The notes under the pieces were generated by a model. The model was not told where the DNA came from, did no database searches, and was given only the letters and a program-made list of their open reading frames with translations. The translations under genes were made by a program, and so were the position numbers. This document shows positions 48,152 to 57,528 of a stretch of 64,000 nt of DNA, piece after piece. Origin of the DNA: a virus; the IMG/VR virus record IMGVR_UViG_3300018080_000152, positions 21,914 through 85,913 of that record; one strand, 5' to 3'. Every line of letters begins with the position of its first letter. Position 1 is the first letter of the stretch.

Positions 48152-48758
48152 TCAAATGCCTTTCCATTGCTGCTTTGTTGACGAACAAATTCACTTCCAT
48201 GTTAACAAATCCATTTTGGTCCGAATTTGTACGTGCGACTCCAATTGCATGACCAATATGCTGTGTTGTAAGCTTACCATCATTGTTGTAATACAACATG
48301 TCACCAATTTGCACTTGTTCATCAAACTGTCCAATCAGCAGTTGCCCACCCTGAGCAATGCGAACCTTACCACCTACTTGAACTTCATTCTTGTGGAAGT
48401 CCAAGTGGCGTCTTCCTAAATCAGCGTTGACAACATTATCAAGTAGGATACCAAGTGGTTGTCCACCGTGTCTTCCTGGTCGCACAACAGCATATTGATT
48501 ACCAACCATGCTGGGTTCAAATTTTACAAGTTCTACGACCGAGCCTTGTTCTGCTACCACATCACAAAAACAACAGCTTAGGTCAAGTGGAACATCCTTC
48601 ATTTGAGGAACTTTAGCCCCACTCTGTAACGTTGCATGTTGTCGTATTAACTCTTGAGCAGGAGATGGTGTCTCTGCTTTTGAGTCATCAACCGTGCGTG
48701 TTAAAGCTGCCGCAGGTAATAGTGCGGCACAAGCCTTCAAAAAACCTCGTCGTTCCAT
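48135..48758 (-). CDS. Tat-signal protein with capsid-decoration-like domain
   Basis: MERRGFLK signal; PLGILLDNVVN...GGKV...IGDMLY...G. Confidence 0.55.
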   Translation of the reverse strand: MERRGFLKACAALLPAAALTRTVDDSKAETPSPAQELIRQHATLQSGAKVPQMKDVPLDLSCCFCDVVAEQGSVVELVKFEPSMVGNQYAVVRPGRHGGQPLGILLDNVVNADLGRRHLDFHKNEVQVGGKVRIAQGGQLLIGQFDEQVQIGDMLYYNNDGKLTTQHIGHAIGVARTNSDQNGFVNMEVNLFVNKAAMERHLNAQKS

Positions 48759-49864
48759 TATGTATTACTCCTTATTTCTGTTGAATTTTCTCCAGCGTCT
48801 TCGTAGTCATCAATAACCTGAACCATTCTTTCCATACCAATGTGTTTGTATGGTTTTCTTAAAACGCCCTTGCGATTAAATGCTAAAAAGTTCACGCCTC
48901 TGTGTACCATTTCATTGATGGCATTTACATATTCATTGTTTGTATCGTAATACTTGTAGTCATCAATACGATTAAGCGTATCCATACCAACAATAAAGGT
49001 TGCGCCAGGAAATAGTCGTGACTTCTTAACGAACAGTGGCTCTTGAGTTAATACAATCCCACCCAAAGCTGGGTCGCTCTCATACTTACTAAAAGAATCT
49101 ATTCGATTTCTACAAGATATCCAATCTACAGATGGCTTGGAACAATTTCTTATTGAAATCTCAAACCACACTGGCTTACCCGCGAGTTCATAAGCCTTAC
49201 GTGCCACTTTAATGTGTCCATCGTGTGCTGGATTAAAAGACCCAGGAAAGATAAGTGCATTTTGACCAGGGTGACCGTATGGTTCCTTGCATAGAGGCAC
49301 ATAAAACTTACCCTGTTTATCCATATCCCATGTTGTAGGTGCTGTTTCAGAACCCCAAAATTCATCTGTATCTATAGATGGATTCAAACAACTAACATTC
49401 AGATATTCAGCATAAGCCTTTAGGATAGTTTGCGAGGCAACTCTTTCCTGCTCATGCCTATCTCCATATTTAAGCAATACAGTGTGTGATGTAGTTTGTT
49501 GTTTGCCATGTATAGACACATAGATTTTGTGTTCACGACCTATGCGTTCTATGCCGTTTTTGCGCAAGGAGGATGTGGCTCCAACACCAATTACATTGCT
49601 GTGTCCAGAAATCATCTGTGCTCGTTCATACGCACAAACTGCAAGCTGACGCGATGCTTCCGGGGAACAAAACTTGTTTGGTTTGTAGCCGTTGAGCAAT
49701 TGAGTAAAACACACATGTGAGTATGGAACTTGTGCGTCAAGAAAGAACGAAGATGCACCACCTCGATTCAATAGTGTTGAGATTACCTCAGAACCACCTC
49801 CCGTTATATAGAATACGGTCGGAGTTGCTGCCTCTTGGAGCTTTTCCAGGGTTTTTGTTAGCAT
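48758..49864 (-). CDS. CinA/PncC-like domain fused to NMN/NaMN adenylyltransferase
   Basis: ITGGG...GASSFF...VPYS; FPGSFNPAHDGH (HxGH), VGMDT, SSTEIR-like end. Confidence 0.8.
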   Translation of the reverse strand: MLTKTLEKLQEAATPTVFYITGGGSEVISTLLNRGGASSFFLDAQVPYSHVCFTQLLNGYKPNKFCSPEASRQLAVCAYERAQMISGHSNVIGVGATSSLRKNGIERIGREHKIYVSIHGKQQTTSHTVLLKYGDRHEQERVASQTILKAYAEYLNVSCLNPSIDTDEFWGSETAPTTWDMDKQGKFYVPLCKEPYGHPGQNALIFPGSFNPAHDGHIKVARKAYELAGKPVWFEISIRNCSKPSVDWISCRNRIDSFSKYESDPALGGIVLTQEPLFVKKSRLFPGATFIVGMDTLNRIDDYKYYDTNNEYVNAINEMVHRGVNFLAFNRKGVLRKPYKHIGMERMVQVIDDYEDAGENSTEIRSNT

Positions 49865-49866
49865 CG

Positions 49867-50397
49867 TTAATTTCCTTCCTTGCTTCTCATTCGTTTATGT
49901 ACTTGTGCTAGAGAAATTGGTTTATAGTCGTGACAATCTACACCAACGTCGAAAGATTCCTTGTATTTTGACAACGTACCATGACTGTGTCCATACAAAT
50001 GCCAAGAGCCATGAAAAGAGGCGTTCCACACACGCATACTGTAGTGACACAATACAATCTTCTTTCTATTGGTGATATCTAGGTCATATATTTTGTGTAC
50101 ACCATGAAATAGCTTACGCAAATCTTGACTGTCTTCTATTCTACGGTCGTGGTTTCCAAGAATCAAAACCACTTTCTTACAGTTAATCATGTTGCGGAAA
50201 CCCTCTATCCACATAGCATTTCCCCAGGAGAAATCACCAAGGTGATACAATGTGCCGTTGGCAGGAACACAAGCATTGATATTATCTGCTATGGCGTGTG
50301 TCATATCATGAGCATTATCCCACGGCCTGTTGCAATACTTGATAATATTTGTATGCCACGCATGTGTATCTGACGTAAACCATATGTCCTTTTTCAT
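49867..50397 (-). CDS. Calcineurin-like metallophosphoesterase
   Basis: SDTH, HLGDF, GNHD, HY, GHSH, VGVD. Confidence 0.9.
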   Translation of the reverse strand: MKKDIWFTSDTHAWHTNIIKYCNRPWDNAHDMTHAIADNINACVPANGTLYHLGDFSWGNAMWIEGFRNMINCKKVVLILGNHDRRIEDSQDLRKLFHGVHKIYDLDITNRKKIVLCHYSMRVWNASFHGSWHLYGHSHGTLSKYKESFDVGVDCHDYKPISLAQVHKRMRSKEGN

Positions 50398-51413
50398 TGG
50401 TCCTCTCTTCTGTTTACGAAGAATGCCTTAATCGCAGGCAACAACCTTTTTCCTTCGTCGCTAACGCGCCACAGCCCATTTTCTTGCTTAACCAAATCTC
50501 TACGTGGGTCATAATCCAGTTCATTCATAATATCTAGGCGTTGTGACGATGCTCTGTTGTGTACACTACCATGCCACAAATGATACACGAAGCTTGGAAT
50601 ACATGCTATGCTAAAATCAACCTCATCACAGAAACGTTGTGACCATTCAAAGTAGTTGCGAAGTTGAAAGCGACTATGTTTTGCGCACAAATCCCCAGCA
50701 TACTGTGAATATGTAGCAGCGCGAGCCATTAGGATATCAGCACCCCCAATGATAGATTCGTCGTAGAATTTAACCTTGTCTATAATTTCTCGTCTAATAC
50801 CCCACGACATACCACATAGACCATCTGGTTTCTGGATACTCTGATGCACCATACCACATATGTAACCATACATGCTAGCGCAATCATCATAACGAGTTGG
50901 AAAACTGTTTATATCAAGTTCATCAACAAACTCCAGTCCCTTTGGAAGATTAGCTGCGAAAGAAAATCCCTGCACCAAGTTGTAGATTTCCAAAGCATCG
51001 CTCATTTTCTGATGCCAGTCATCAGCTTGATACAATATGTCTTGGTCTATCCAACAAACTTTGTCACAGTCGTCTGGCAAGTGTTCTAGTGCTAGATTTA
51101 ACAATGCTTCTTTTTGCCACAGAATATCATTAGATACCACCTGTACAGCTATCTTTTCCTCTGGAACAATATTCTTTAATTGAAAAGCGCGGTCGTGTAA
51201 TGCAGCTTCCGCAAACAGAATATTGACACCTTGTCTATTCATACGTTCGTAGAATATAGCCACGTTTTCATCACGGCTAGTAAGCCCCAATGAATTAAAA
51301 TACGGACATATACACCACAATGAACCCGGTAGAGATTTCGGCCTTTTATTAGGCGTTGTCATCCGGCGTGGTTGTTGAGTCTGATTCTGGTTCTGTATTG
51401 GCTGTTGTGTCAT
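50394..51413 (-). CDS. Putative glycosyltransferase (GT-A)
   Basis: WQKEALLN, WIDQDI, GGAD, HLWHG. Confidence 0.6.
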   Translation of the reverse strand: MTQQPIQNQNQTQQPRRMTTPNKRPKSLPGSLWCICPYFNSLGLTSRDENVAIFYERMNRQGVNILFAEAALHDRAFQLKNIVPEEKIAVQVVSNDILWQKEALLNLALEHLPDDCDKVCWIDQDILYQADDWHQKMSDALEIYNLVQGFSFAANLPKGLEFVDELDINSFPTRYDDCASMYGYICGMVHQSIQKPDGLCGMSWGIRREIIDKVKFYDESIIGGADILMARAATYSQYAGDLCAKHSRFQLRNYFEWSQRFCDEVDFSIACIPSFVYHLWHGSVHNRASSQRLDIMNELDYDPRRDLVKQENGLWRVSDEGKRLLPAIKAFFVNRREDQ

Positions 51414-52179
51414 TTCCTATTATCCTTCCTTTGGCTTCAATCCAAAGTTCATTAAAATATTCATCGTACTGTTCGTATAACCATGCAAATTGTGGCGACC
51501 TAACATCACCAGGAACAGACGCAAAACTACGTAGCGTTGGCCCCTTGGTTGTATTGATAAGGTCTATACGCATATATGGTTCTGCAATTGCAGCGGAGAT
51601 TCTTTCAGCAGTATCGCATAGTTGTTGAATAACAGTAGCGTCTGGAATTAAATGAGTCAAATCGTTCTTTGAAGTTGAGCCCAACTGTGTTTTAGATACG
51701 TCAAACCACAATGTATCATTTGGTGTTATAGCTTGAATACACGCTACTCCTACTTCTCCACCAAATGTATGCATACAATAAGCTATAGGAATGCCCAGTT
51801 CATTACCACATAAGGGAAATTCCTCAAACAGAATATCAGCGCCAAGCTTCTGAGCCGCATCTATTTGAGCTTGTATTACATCGCCTGGAAACTCATGCTT
51901 ATTACTGTTAAACGAAAACAACCCATTATCGCCATCGTCTCTAACATGCATATATGTGTTTGTGTTGACATATATTGTTGGTCTAACAACAAACAAGTTG
52001 GGCAGCCTTCCGCTTAGTTCATCCCATGGCGGTACTTCATCTGGTGCGAAAAGCCCGTACACTTTTGGGCGAATGACGTTGGCCTCCATTGCCGTTCCAT
52101 ATACTTGAGTCATGTCTTTGTATTTAGCATAATCTTCTAAGTGGTTAACACGCTCCTTAACCCTATTTATGAATCCCAT
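51349..52179 (-). CDS. Degenerate TupA-like ATP-grasp protein
   Basis: FVVRPT, LFEEF, YMRIDL. Confidence 0.45.
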   Translation of the reverse strand: MGFINRVKERVNHLEDYAKYKDMTQVYGTAMEANVIRPKVYGLFAPDEVPPWDELSGRLPNLFVVRPTIYVNTNTYMHVRDDGDNGLFSFNSNKHEFPGDVIQAQIDAAQKLGADILFEEFPLCGNELGIPIAYCMHTFGGEVGVACIQAITPNDTLWFDVSKTQLGSTSKNDLTHLIPDATVIQQLCDTAERISAAIAEPYMRIDLINTTKGPTLRSFASVPGDVRSPQFAWLYEQYDEYFNELWIEAKGRIIGNDTTANTEPESDSTTTPDDNA

Positions 52180-52964
52180 TTATGGTTCTCCTGTGTAATA
52201 TAGTCCCAATAATGAATGATGTTGCTGCTAGATGCAAATTTACGCGCAAAAAATGCAGTAGAATTTTTGAAACGTTCTACATCTATTGGATTAAGCTCAC
52301 CAACATATTCTTTTGGTGTTGATTGTACTTCTGATATCCTACCCCAATTTACATCAGACTGGTCTGTGTGAATAACGTTATGCAGTTCGCCAAGATGACA
52401 CATGACTGTACTAACATAGTGTTCGTCTGGCACTACGCATCGCGCAAAGTCTCCTGTAAAATTATACCGTATGAGAAGCTCTGCGTGGTCTCTTGTTAGA
52501 AACACCCATTGAGAATTTTTTCTGAAATGCTTCTTTGGAATCGTGGTGGTCTTAGACATGCGGTTTGTCCACTGTGTGGTGTGACAAAACCTAGATTTGT
52601 TTTCACTAAATGCTATGTCATAAATTTTGTGCCATGGTTTAATTGGTACGCACGAACCAGAGCAAAACGCAACACGTTGCACATCTGGGTCTCTTAAAGC
52701 ATATCGTATAAGCTCCAATTGTGCTATTACAAGACCAAGTTTACCCCACATTGTAGATACCCAACAGGGAATAAGATTGTCTTTTAGCCATGGTGTGTGT
52801 GTTTCATCTTGGTTTGCGGCATGACAACAAATAGTCATTGTGTCTTCATGGCCTTTGAAGTATTCTTCCCACAGACGTGGTTGGCTCATGTCACCATATA
52901 CTAAAAATGTATAAGCAATCTTTGGTTTCATATTAGTCCTCAACATAAGCAAAACACCCACCAA
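52167..52964 (-). CDS. Glycosyltransferase family 14 (core-2/I-branching-like)
   Basis: KIAYTFL, TMWG, SGSCVPI, SQWVFLTRDHA, PDEHY, FARKF. Confidence 0.85.
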   Translation of the reverse strand: MVGVLLMLRTNMKPKIAYTFLVYGDMSQPRLWEEYFKGHEDTMTICCHAANQDETHTPWLKDNLIPCWVSTMWGKLGLVIAQLELIRYALRDPDVQRVAFCSGSCVPIKPWHKIYDIAFSENKSRFCHTTQWTNRMSKTTTIPKKHFRKNSQWVFLTRDHAELLIRYNFTGDFARCVVPDEHYVSTVMCHLGELHNVIHTDQSDVNWGRISEVQSTPKEYVGELNPIDVERFKNSTAFFARKFASSSNIIHYWDYITQENHKWDS

Positions 52965-52988
52965 CCCTAATTAGAGATTGATGGGTGT
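52954..52988 (-). terminator. Rho-independent terminator after ssb
   Basis: ACACCCATCAATC...GGTTGGTGGGTGT hairpin followed by TTT. Confidence 0.65.
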
Positions 52989-53013
52989 CTGTTGTTCGTC
53001 TTGAAGCCTATAC

Positions 53014-53442
53014 TTAGAACGGGATATCTTCATCACCACCGGCCTCATTGTTGTTTGCTGGCGCAGAGGTTTGCGCAGAAGTAGGAGCAGAACCACCGTT
53101 ACTACCACCCTTCGTACCAATCATCTGCATGCGGTCACCAACAACCTTGAGTTTTTGTCGCCTCTCGCCGTCATCTGTCTCCCACTGGTCCAACTTGAGA
53201 CGACCCTCGATAAGGACAGGTGCTCCCTTGCTCAAATATTCACCAGCAACTTCGGCGTTGCGACCCCACAGTGTGATGTCAACAAACGTGGTTTCCTCAA
53301 CCATGTTGCCGCCCTTGTCTTTGCGCTTTTCATTAACTGCCAAACCCATGTCAGTTACAGCGGCTCCACTTGGCGTGTATCTTAGCTCTACGTCTCGGGT
53401 AAGATTACCCATGAGAATAACTTTGTTAAAACTTCCAGCCAT
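53014..53442 (-). CDS. ssb: Single-stranded DNA-binding protein (canonical bacterial type)
   Basis: [22 protein letters not shown]...IEGRL...EDIPF. Confidence 0.96.
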   Translation of the reverse strand: MAGSFNKVILMGNLTRDVELRYTPSGAAVTDMGLAVNEKRKDKGGNMVEETTFVDITLWGRNAEVAGEYLSKGAPVLIEGRLKLDQWETDDGERRQKLKVVGDRMQMIGTKGGSNGGSAPTSAQTSAPANNNEAGGDEDIPF

Positions 53443-53734
53443 GTCTTGAATCTCCTTGTTGAGTAAAAGAAAAATATTACTTGTCGTCGAACTCACCAAG
53501 CAAACCGCAAGATGGACATTCTGGAACCCAACGGTCGTTATATGACCATGTCATATTGTGTGTTGTTTCGCTATCAACAGTGAAGGCATCACCGCACTGT
53601 TCGCACTCAAGTTCACCAACGATGTAGCTACCGTGATGGTAGACTTCTAGGACTGTAAATCCTATCCACGATGTAGTCTCAAGTTCCATGTTATGTACCC
53701 TTGTGTTCAGAGTGAGTTTCGTTTTGTCTACTGT

Positions 53735-53762
53735 ATTATACCACGGATGTGCGCTATGTCAA
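53735..53762 (-). promoter_or_regulatory. Sigma70-type promoter TTGACA-N16-TATAAT
   Basis: Perfect hexamers. Confidence 0.8.
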
Positions 53763-53782
53763 CCCCTATTCACAAAAAAAGT

Positions 53783-53808
53783 GTCGGCGGCGGGAGTCGA
53801 ACCCGCCA
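53783..53808 (-). pseudogene. Isolated tRNA 3' fragment (T-arm plus acceptor 3' strand)
   Basis: GGCGGGTTCGACTCCCGCCGCCGACA immediately 3' of tRNA-Leu. Confidence 0.65.
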
Positions 53809-53809
53809 G

Positions 53810-53891
53810 TGACCAAGGTGGGAATCGAACCCACACGCCCGAAGGCACGGCATTTTAAGTGCCGCATGTCTACCAATTCCATCACTTGGCC
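53810..53891 (-). tRNA. tRNA-Leu(TAA)
   Basis: CGGCA CT-TAA-AA TGCCG, long variable arm. Confidence 0.93.
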
Positions 53892-53951
53892 AAATTTTGG
53901 TGTATAATTAAGTGTGCGCCCTTATGTGTCTACCAATTATGAGAGGATGCT

Positions 53952-54413
53952 ATGAGACAATATCGTAAATACACAGAAGCACAGTTTATCGAAGCTGTGC
54001 GAACATCCACTTCCAAACGGCAAGTGTTGATAAAGCTGGGGCTAGCCCCACAAGGTGGCAACTACGCCACTGTCACTCGACTTATTCAACAACTTAGTTT
54101 GGATACATCACATTTTTTAGGTCAAGGACACGCCAAAGGCAAAAGGTTTGATTGTAGAGTCAAGCCAATTGAAGATTACTTGTCTGGCAAGCGAGACATT
54201 AAAAGCTATAAGCTCAAAAAAAGACTACTAGACGACGGCTTGTTCCAACATCGCTGTTGTCGTTGTAGACGCACTACCTGGATGAAACAACCAATCCCAC
54301 TAGAGCTTCATCACATTGATGGTAATTCTAGCAACAATCAACTTCACAACTTGGAACTATTGTGTCCTAACTGTCACGCACAAACGCCCAATTATCGTGG
54401 TCGAGGTATTTAG
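53952..54413 (+). CDS. HNH endonuclease (only clear plus-strand gene)
   Basis: LELHHIDGNSSNNQLHNLELLCPNCHAQT; GAGG RBS; GGTGTATAAT at 53899-53908. Confidence 0.92.
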   Translation: MRQYRKYTEAQFIEAVRTSTSKRQVLIKLGLAPQGGNYATVTRLIQQLSLDTSHFLGQGHAKGKRFDCRVKPIEDYLSGKRDIKSYKLKKRLLDDGLFQHRCCRCRRTTWMKQPIPLELHHIDGNSSNNQLHNLELLCPNCHAQTPNYRGRGI

Positions 54414-54421
54414 ACACAGAC

Positions 54422-54814
54422 CTACACTGACGCTAGAAGCATTTTCCACGCTTCTTCTTCTCGTTTTCTAGCAAACTCCTGTTCCATCACGTCCATAGCC
54501 CTGGCGACAATATCCCACCGGGCATCACTGGCGTGTTCCAACATGAAGTCTACGGCCCCGCCCACGTCGGGCAGCTTTGGAGTTTTGACCTCTTCTTTAG
54601 CGGGAACCTTCTTGTGCGGAATCGTGTAGGCAACATAGTTGTCGCCCTTCACTACCACTGGTTTGTCGGGAACCGGCCCCATCTCAATGGACTTGTCAGC
54701 ACGAAAGATACGCTGCTCTTTTTCAGCAGGAGAGGCTGCCTTCCCTGCTAACCCCCCACACGTAGCCAGCGCTATTGCACCCAGCGCATTTTTCAGGAAG
54801 TCTCGTCGTTTCAT
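54422..54814 (-). CDS. Tat-signal protein
   Basis: MKRRDFLKNALGAIALA. Confidence 0.7.
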   Translation of the reverse strand: MKRRDFLKNALGAIALATCGGLAGKAASPAEKEQRIFRADKSIEMGPVPDKPVVVKGDNYVAYTIPHKKVPAKEEVKTPKLPDVGGAVDFMLEHASDARWDIVARAMDVMEQEFARKREEEAWKMLLASV

Positions 54815-55233
54815 GTTCCCATAATCTCCGTGGCCTTGGCTATTGGACCATCCATAGGAATGTCTGGCCCCCAAATGAGGTCGCCTAGAGACACTTTGTG
54901 ACGTGGGTTGTCTTCATCCTTGGCGGGCATTGGCACGTAGGGGTCGCAAATGTATAGCGAAATGTCGCGTGGAGACACGCCATGTTGTTCCGCTATTGCA
55001 CAAGCCTTCTTGTTGAGTTCTTCTAGTGATGTGACCGACTCAGTGAAGTCGTAGTCGGGACCAGTAGCAAGAACCTCACCCATGTACACGTCGCCGTCAT
55101 CTACGATAACACCGCTCACACCCCACAGGTCTTCGTACTCTTCTTCGGTAAACTCCTTGGCGTTTTTCTTGATACCCAAGAGAACGAAAGAAGAAGTGCT
55201 GCTGTTGCTCACAAATCCAAGTCTACGTTTCAT
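54811..55233 (-). CDS. MKxRxGFVSNSS family protein
   Basis: MKRRLGFVSNSSTSSF. Confidence 0.72.
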   Translation of the reverse strand: MKRRLGFVSNSSTSSFVLLGIKKNAKEFTEEEYEDLWGVSGVIVDDGDVYMGEVLATGPDYDFTESVTSLEELNKKACAIAEQHGVSPRDISLYICDPYVPMPAKDEDNPRHKVSLGDLIWGPDIPMDGPIAKATEIMGT

Positions 55234-55261
55234 GTCATGTTCCTTATACAAGTCCTGTTAG

Positions 55262-55345
55262 TACCGGGAGGGGGAGTCGAACCCCCACGGCCTTGCGGCC
55301 ACCAGATTCTAAGTCTGGCGCGTCTACCAGTTCCGCCACCCCGGC
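55262..55345 (-). tRNA. tRNA-Leu(TAG)
   Basis: CCAGA CT-TAG-AA TCTGG. Confidence 0.95.
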
Positions 55346-55631
55346 ATATCACTTTTTCAACCTGATGATAGGCTTGAAGCCTACGACTTCGTACTTCTTA
55401 TTGAAGGCGTCACGACGCCGACAGTATTCCACCCATATTGCATTGTCAATATCTCGTGCGCCATTAACACCACTATAGACAACGTGATGAACAATACTGT
55501 TCCAGCATGAGTCGCAAATATCTGGCAGAAATCTTCCTTGGTGTGTGCTGAGGTCTCTCTGCTCAGCAGAACAACCACAACAACCACATGTTAGCCAGTT
55601 TATCATCGACGCCATGCTTCAATCCTCCAAG

Positions 55632-55704
55632 AGCCCCAGGTGGGAATCGAACCCAATCTTCATCCTTACCAAGGATGTGTGCTAACCTTTATCACTTCTG
55701 GGGC
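55632..55704 (-). tRNA. tRNA-Thr(GGT)
   Basis: CATCC TT-GGT-AA GGATG. Confidence 0.9.
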
Positions 55705-55709
55705 TTACA

Positions 55710-56024
55710 CTATCCAGTTTTTACTAGCAATAGCCCTATAATTGTCATGGCCACTCCGCTCCATTGCCACAAACCAAAGCTTTCTGTTTTACCATATGCG
55801 GCAAGCACAGCTACGCAGGTAACCATCAATATGCCATCAAACAACAGACCGTCGAATAACAGGCTTTTTGAATACCGAGCCACCACTGGCCATAAACCAA
55901 ACGCTTGTATCAACCACATATAGAACATTGGTGCAATAGCCCGTGTATCGTTTGCCCACACTGAACAGTAGTAGTAGAATACTGTAGTCAGTATTAACAC
56001 TGGAACCCACCAATATAATATCAT
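55710..56024 (-). CDS. Small four-TM membrane protein
   Basis: MILYWWVPVLIL..., four hydrophobic stretches. Confidence 0.55.
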   Translation of the reverse strand: MILYWWVPVLILTTVFYYYCSVWANDTRAIAPMFYMWLIQAFGLWPVVARYSKSLLFDGLLFDGILMVTCVAVLAAYGKTESFGLWQWSGVAMTIIGLLLVKTG

Positions 56025-56038
56025 GTGCTGTCCTTTAG

Positions 56039-56111
56039 TGGAGCCGATGGGACTTGAACCCACAACCTCTTGTCTGCCAGACAAGCGCTCACCCAGTTGA
56101 GCTACGGCCCC
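56039..56111 (-). tRNA. tRNA-Ala(GGC)
   Basis: G3-U70; CTTGT CT-GGC-AG ACAAG. Confidence 0.93.
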
Positions 56112-56112
56112 G

Positions 56113-56586
56113 TTACTTAAATGTGTCATCCAACAATAGGTCAAGAAATGTTTTGATTTCTTTATACACTCGACCTTGTGTCGTAAATCCCCACCGCTTT
56201 GTTGCCTTTTCCTTAACCCACTCTCGCAAATCAGTTCCAAATTCTGCGCTGCGAGCCTTCCAACCACAAACCATCTCAGCAACATACACACTAGGCATGT
56301 TCTCAATCCCCTCCCAATATTCTGGGTGGTGAGGATTAGTCCTCGTGTGTTGTTCTACGGCACACTGAAAACGTTCTAAGTTATTTTCCTTAGATGATTC
56401 GTCCAGGTATTCCCATTCTATGCCACGAAATTTGCTGTTGTCGTGCAACATGCTGTTAGCAAGGAGAGACCGTGCGAAGGTGTGCTTCCCTTGCTCAATA
56501 AGACGCTCAGCCAACAGCGCGCATTCGTCCTGCACGTTGTTAATATGGCGCACGAGCGCCCTGATAGGTTTTTCTTCGTCAGTCAT
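56113..56586 (-). CDS. HD-like protein (DUF5662-like)
   Basis: HDNSK...H...NPHHPEYW...EMVCGW. Confidence 0.75.
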   Translation of the reverse strand: MTDEEKPIRALVRHINNVQDECALLAERLIEQGKHTFARSLLANSMLHDNSKFRGIEWEYLDESSKENNLERFQCAVEQHTRTNPHHPEYWEGIENMPSVYVAEMVCGWKARSAEFGTDLREWVKEKATKRWGFTTQGRVYKEIKTFLDLLLDDTFK

Positions 56587-56766
56587 TACCAGAATTTCCA
56601 GAATGGTTTGTCGTTAGCTTTGCGTTCAAGTAGCCGCTTAATACACATATCAATGTGCTCGTCAAGCTTTTTGTCGATAATGCCAGCCTTGAATTCTTTA
56701 AGCTCTGTAGCTAAACAAGCAATGTCTTTTTCTGTGAATTTCATAAATTTCTCCCTTCTGAATACT

Positions 56767-56794
56767 ATTATACACTAAATCTCGAAAATGTCAA
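56767..56794 (-). promoter_or_regulatory. Sigma70-type promoter TTGACA-N16-TATAAT
   Basis: Perfect hexamers. Confidence 0.8.
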
Positions 56795-56796
56795 GC

Positions 56797-57528
56797 CTAA
56801 ATCCACCTTCTTTTTTTACAGCCGTTCTCGCCGGGGTGAAAAACCTTGACGTTCGTATCTACACAAATAAGCCCCTTGTGCTTACGAACACTAGAACACA
56901 ATTCCCTAAAGGCCCCTGTGCCAAATGAAATATTATTATTACATAGAAAGTTTGCATCCATAACTGCACAAGAACCAACAGATGACATTCTTACTATTCG
57001 CTGCTGAGGTATTAGGCTTGCGCTTGCCCATGGTTTATCTTCTGAGTCAACAAAGCCCCAAGTATCATAAAATCTCTCTGTGCTGTTCTTCTCTTGTAAA
57101 AAAACCAACGGCGCTACTATTGCCGCTTCTGTTTCCTTTAAGGTCGTCAGTAGGTCTTCAATAACGTTGGGCTCTATAATTAAGTCTGATTCTATCCAGG
57201 CTATATACTGACATCTATCCTTTAGTTCGTTCAACACTCTATTTGCTATTGTTGATAAGTATGATATTCTTTGTTGATTTGTGGTGGACTGCACAGTGGT
57301 ACTACATTGTTGCTCACAACTCAACAATAAAACATTGTTCATTCTATTGGCATAAGCTTGTAATACCATGCGTGTGTCGTCAACAGAATGGCCCTCTAGA
57401 ATACATATAAGCGGCTGTGAACATGTTTGCTGCTCTATCTGCTGAAAGTATCTATCTACTTGGTTGATGTGAATACCACACCATTGTTGACTGTCTCTGA
57501 AAAGAGACCCTATTCCAATTTCCCACAT
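56797..57528 (-). CDS. Putative GT-A glycosyltransferase
   Basis: EGHSVDDT, WIESDL, FYDTWGF, SVGSC. Confidence 0.65.
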   Translation of the reverse strand: MWEIGIGSLFRDSQQWCGIHINQVDRYFQQIEQQTCSQPLICILEGHSVDDTRMVLQAYANRMNNVLLLSCEQQCSTTVQSTTNQQRISYLSTIANRVLNELKDRCQYIAWIESDLIIEPNVIEDLLTTLKETEAAIVAPLVFLQEKNSTERFYDTWGFVDSEDKPWASASLIPQQRIVRMSSVGSCAVMDANFLCNNNISFGTGAFRELCSSVRKHKGLICVDTNVKVFHPGENGCKKRRWI

